Origin: Azolla caroliniana
Taxonomy: Eukaryota; Plantae; Polypodiophyta
DNA length: 64,000 nucleotides
Reading direction: 5' to 3'
NCBI GenBank assembly: GCA_043228905.1
Contig: JBHGNT010000011.1
Span: 7,564,001 to 7,628,000, forward strand
Positions 60,781 through 64,000 of the stretch are shown here, piece after piece. Under the pieces are notes generated by a model. That model had not been told where the DNA came from and ran no database searches. It saw only the letters and a program-made list of their open reading frames with translations. Each line of letters opens with the position of its first letter. Position 1 is the stretch's first letter. Made by a program: the position numbers and the translations under genes.

Positions 60781-63700
60781 TGACAGGAACACACGCTCCG
60801 GATGAACAACACTCGGCCACAACCGAGCTTAGGATAAAACACAGAAAACGGGTAATGAACGCACGACACAGTGAAGAGAAGAGTACACATGATATTAACG
60901 TGGAAAACCCCAAACTAGGGGAAAACCATGGCAGCCCACAGACTGCAAACTATCACTATATCAGAATGTACAATAGTAAAGCACTGAAGCAATGACCTTG
61001 AGCTTGCTATCTTCGCCACAAGCGGCGGTTACAACAGAGGCAACGACCTCTTCCACTCTCTCACTCTCTCTGTACACAGTTATGTGCTCTAATCTTGCAC
61101 CGACAAGAATGATAACAGGTACTAAGTTTGCCCTAAGTCATATTTATACTAATATGACTTTTCGGCTATTTACAAATATAGCCCCGATGGACTCTCAGAA
61201 ACATATTTACGAATATGTCCCTTCATCCGATGAGCACTCCTCACCGGGCCTACATCATCCGGCGCTTGCCGGGCACACATCATCTGGTTCTTACCGGGTC
61301 TTCCGTTGCCGGGTACTCCACATCCGGTTTCTCACCGGGTCTTCCATTGCCGAGTATTGCACATCCGGTTCTCACCGGGTCTTCCGATGCCGGTACTCCA
61401 CATCCGGTTTCCAACATCACTGTTCTTTTCACTTCCCATCTAGAGGGACCTGTTTCCTAACAAACTCCCCCTTCACTCCGACATGGGATGTCTTACTATT
61501 CCAATCCGCTTCTGACATACATCCAGCTTGTCAGGTATCAGTACTTTAGTCAACATATCTGACCCGTTCTCGGCAGTGTGGATCTTCATCAGCGCGAACT
61601 CTTGATCTTCTACTCGCTCACGAATCCAGTGATACCTATGCTGGATGTGCTTTTTTCCTGGAGTGGTACGCTGCATTCTTAGCAAGATGGATGGCACTTT
61701 GACTGTCGCAATGGAGCCGATATTCATCTTGCCGGATACCGAGCTCTCCGATGAAGTCCTTCATCCATAGTATTTCCTTGCCGGCTTCGACAACTACCAT
61801 GTACTCCGCTTCCGTGGTTGACAACGCAACCGTCTTCTGCAGCTTCGACTGCCACGAAACAGCTCCCCCTGCATATGTCATTACATACCCGGATGTAAAC
61901 TGGCTGGTATCCACATCAGCCGACATGTCCGAATCGGTAAAACCATCAAGTTGAGGTTTACCGGGGCCGAATCGGAGACACATGTTCGAAGTGCCCTTCA
62001 AGTACCGGAGTATCCATTTGACCGCGTTCCAGTGCTCCTTGCCAGGATTGCTCATAAACCGGCTCACCACTCCGACTGCGTATCCTATATCCGATCGGGT
62101 ACACACCATTGCGTACATTAAGCTCCTGACGGCAGAGGTATATGGAACCTTCATCATATCAGCCTTCTCTGCTTTCGTCTTCGGGCTTTGCTTACCGGAT
62201 AATCTGCAGTTTGTCGGGAGTGTCGATTCGACCTGTTTCGCTTCTAACATGTTGAACCGTTGAAGCACCTTTGTCACGTACTTCTCCTATGACAGCCACA
62301 ATTGCTTCGTTGGACGGTTCCGGATGATATGCATCCCCAGCATCTGTCTTGCCGAACCCAAGTTTTTCATTGCGAAAGTTCGGTTGAGAGCCTTCTTCAA
62401 CATCCGTATTCTGGCTTGGTCTCATCCGACGATCAACATGTCATCCACGTACAGAAGGAGTATCAGGAAGTCGCCTCCTTTAAACTTCTTCACAAACACG
62501 CAGTGATCGGCCTGCGTCTTGTGGTACCCTTGATCGGTCATGAAGGAGTCGAACTTCCGGTACCATTGTCGGGGAGCCTGCTTCAGTCCGTACAGGCTCT
62601 TCTTCAACCGGCATACCAGGTGCTCCTTCCCTTTCTCCACAAATCCTTCCGGTTGCTGCATGTAGATCTCCTCTTCAAGGTCACCGTGAAGGAATGTCGT
62701 CTTCACGTCCAGCTGCTCTACCTTGAGGTCCATGCTTGCCGCTATACTCAGCACCGTCCAGATGGAGGTCATCTTTACTACCGGGGCAAATATCTCGTCG
62801 AAGTCCACGCCCTTCTTCTGCTGGAACCCCTTCACCACAATCTTGGCTTTGTATCTCCCGGTTTCAACTTGTACACCCACTTGTTTCGGAGTGCCCGCTT
62901 TCCTTTCGGCAACTCCACCAATTCGTACGTATGGTTCTCATGCAGGGACTCCATCTCATCTTGCATGGCACTTAACCATTTGTGGCTGTGGGCATCACTT
63001 TTAGCTTCCTCGAAGCTTTCTGGCTCCCCCTCATCGGTCAGCATCACATGCTCTACATCCGGAAATCTCTGGGGGGGCCTTCTCTCTTTGAGAGGATATC
63101 TCCGTCTTTGGGCTTCGGTAACGAGCTCCTCCATTTGCTCTTCATCCAAATCCAATTCGGGGTCTTGGCCGGTTCCGGTTTCAGCTTCCTCTACTTCTTC
63201 TTTTGCCGGTTCGGCATCCTCACCGTAACCGGCTGGTTCCTCGAGTGCTAACCGGTCTCTTGCCGGGTGGGTCTGCTCATCGTAGAATCGATCCTTACCG
63301 GTCGACTCGGAGTTCATTATCTTCTTCTCCGACTCCCAGTCGGCGAGCGTCTTGTCCTCCATGAAGATAATATCTCGACTCCGGAATACCTTCTTGTCAA
63401 CCGGGTCCCACACTCGATAGCCGAACTCATCGTCGCCGTAACCAAGGAATATGCATGGCCGGGTCTTTGGATCTAACTTTCCTCTCCGGTCCTTAGCTAC
63501 ATGCACGTACGCGAGAAACCCGAACACCTTCAGATGCCGGTAGGACACTTCCTTACCGGTCCATACTCTCTTCAGCGTGTCTCTGTCCAAGGGTACTGAG
63601 GGTGATCTGTTTATCACATATGTTGCCGTCGACAGTGCCTCAGCCCAAAACTTCTTGGGTAGTTTTGCATGCACCAGCATACTCTGGACCCTCTCCATTA

Positions 63701-64000
63701 TGGTCCGGTTCATCCTCTCAGCCAGCCCGTTTAGTTCCGGTGTCTTCGGCACGGTAAATTCGAGCCGGATTCCCTTCGAGCGACAATACTCCTCAAACTG
63801 CCCCCGGTATTCACCTCCGTTATTTGCTCGGACCGCCTTCAGCTTCTGGCCGGTTTCTCTTTCCACTCTCGCGTGGAGCTCTTTGAAGACGGATAGCACC
63901 TGATCCTTCGTCTTCAACGGTGTGGCCCACAGCTTCTGGCTGTGGTCATCTATGAATGTCACGAAGTACTGCAATCCGGCATGTGACTTCGTGTCGACTT
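60781..64000 (-). mobile_element. H: A-family Copia, 3' half (IN-RT-RH + 3' LTR 60781-61462); continues beyond the window
   Basis: ORFs 62832-63974, 62422-62880 and 61636-62277 are highly similar to A; PPT complement CTCCCCCTTC at 61465-61474. Confidence 0.93.
61281..61412. repeat. ~40-bp tandem repeat (3.3 copies) in U3 of the H LTR
   Basis: Consensus CATCCGGTTCTCACCGGGTCTTCCGATGCCGGGTACTCCA; units start at 61281, 61321, 61362 and 61401. Confidence 0.85.

Noticed and set aside
61281-61412. CRISPR-like array
   Set aside because: Head-to-tail repeats without unique spacers, inside a eukaryotic LTR, with no cas genes.

Overview
The window is wall-to-wall nested LTR retrotransposons from a land-plant nuclear genome; the lineage mix suggests a non-seed plant (fern, lycophyte or bryophyte), which is inference. 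I see no host gene, RNA gene or CRISPR array. About 18 LTR-element insertions or fragments plus one MITE can be resolved, many with exact target-site duplications (TSDs). (i) A Tnt1/Tork-like Copia family: three young full-length + strand copies, A 15946-21250, A2 25032-35700 and A3 25823-31164 (nested inside A2), and older - strand copies B, E and H. (ii) A second Copia lineage (I, D, F, G, solo LTR K) with two PPT-like motifs bracketing an in-frame tail after RNase H. (iii) Two copies of a non-chromovirus Gypsy (G1, G2) carrying a reconstructable ~1000-codon extra ORF after pol. (iv) Two Tcn1-like chromoviruses (C1, C2). (v) A fungal-type Gypsy with an LPQGATNS RT motif (J1, J2). (vi) A solo LTR and a MITE, each with a 4-bp TSD. 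No gag-pol is intact. The most interesting signals are the extra Gypsy ORF, a strong cross-family CCGG enrichment alongside CAG>TAG decay, the dual-PPT Copia tail, and subfamily-specific palindromes at the U5 tips. All alignments and counts were done by eye.
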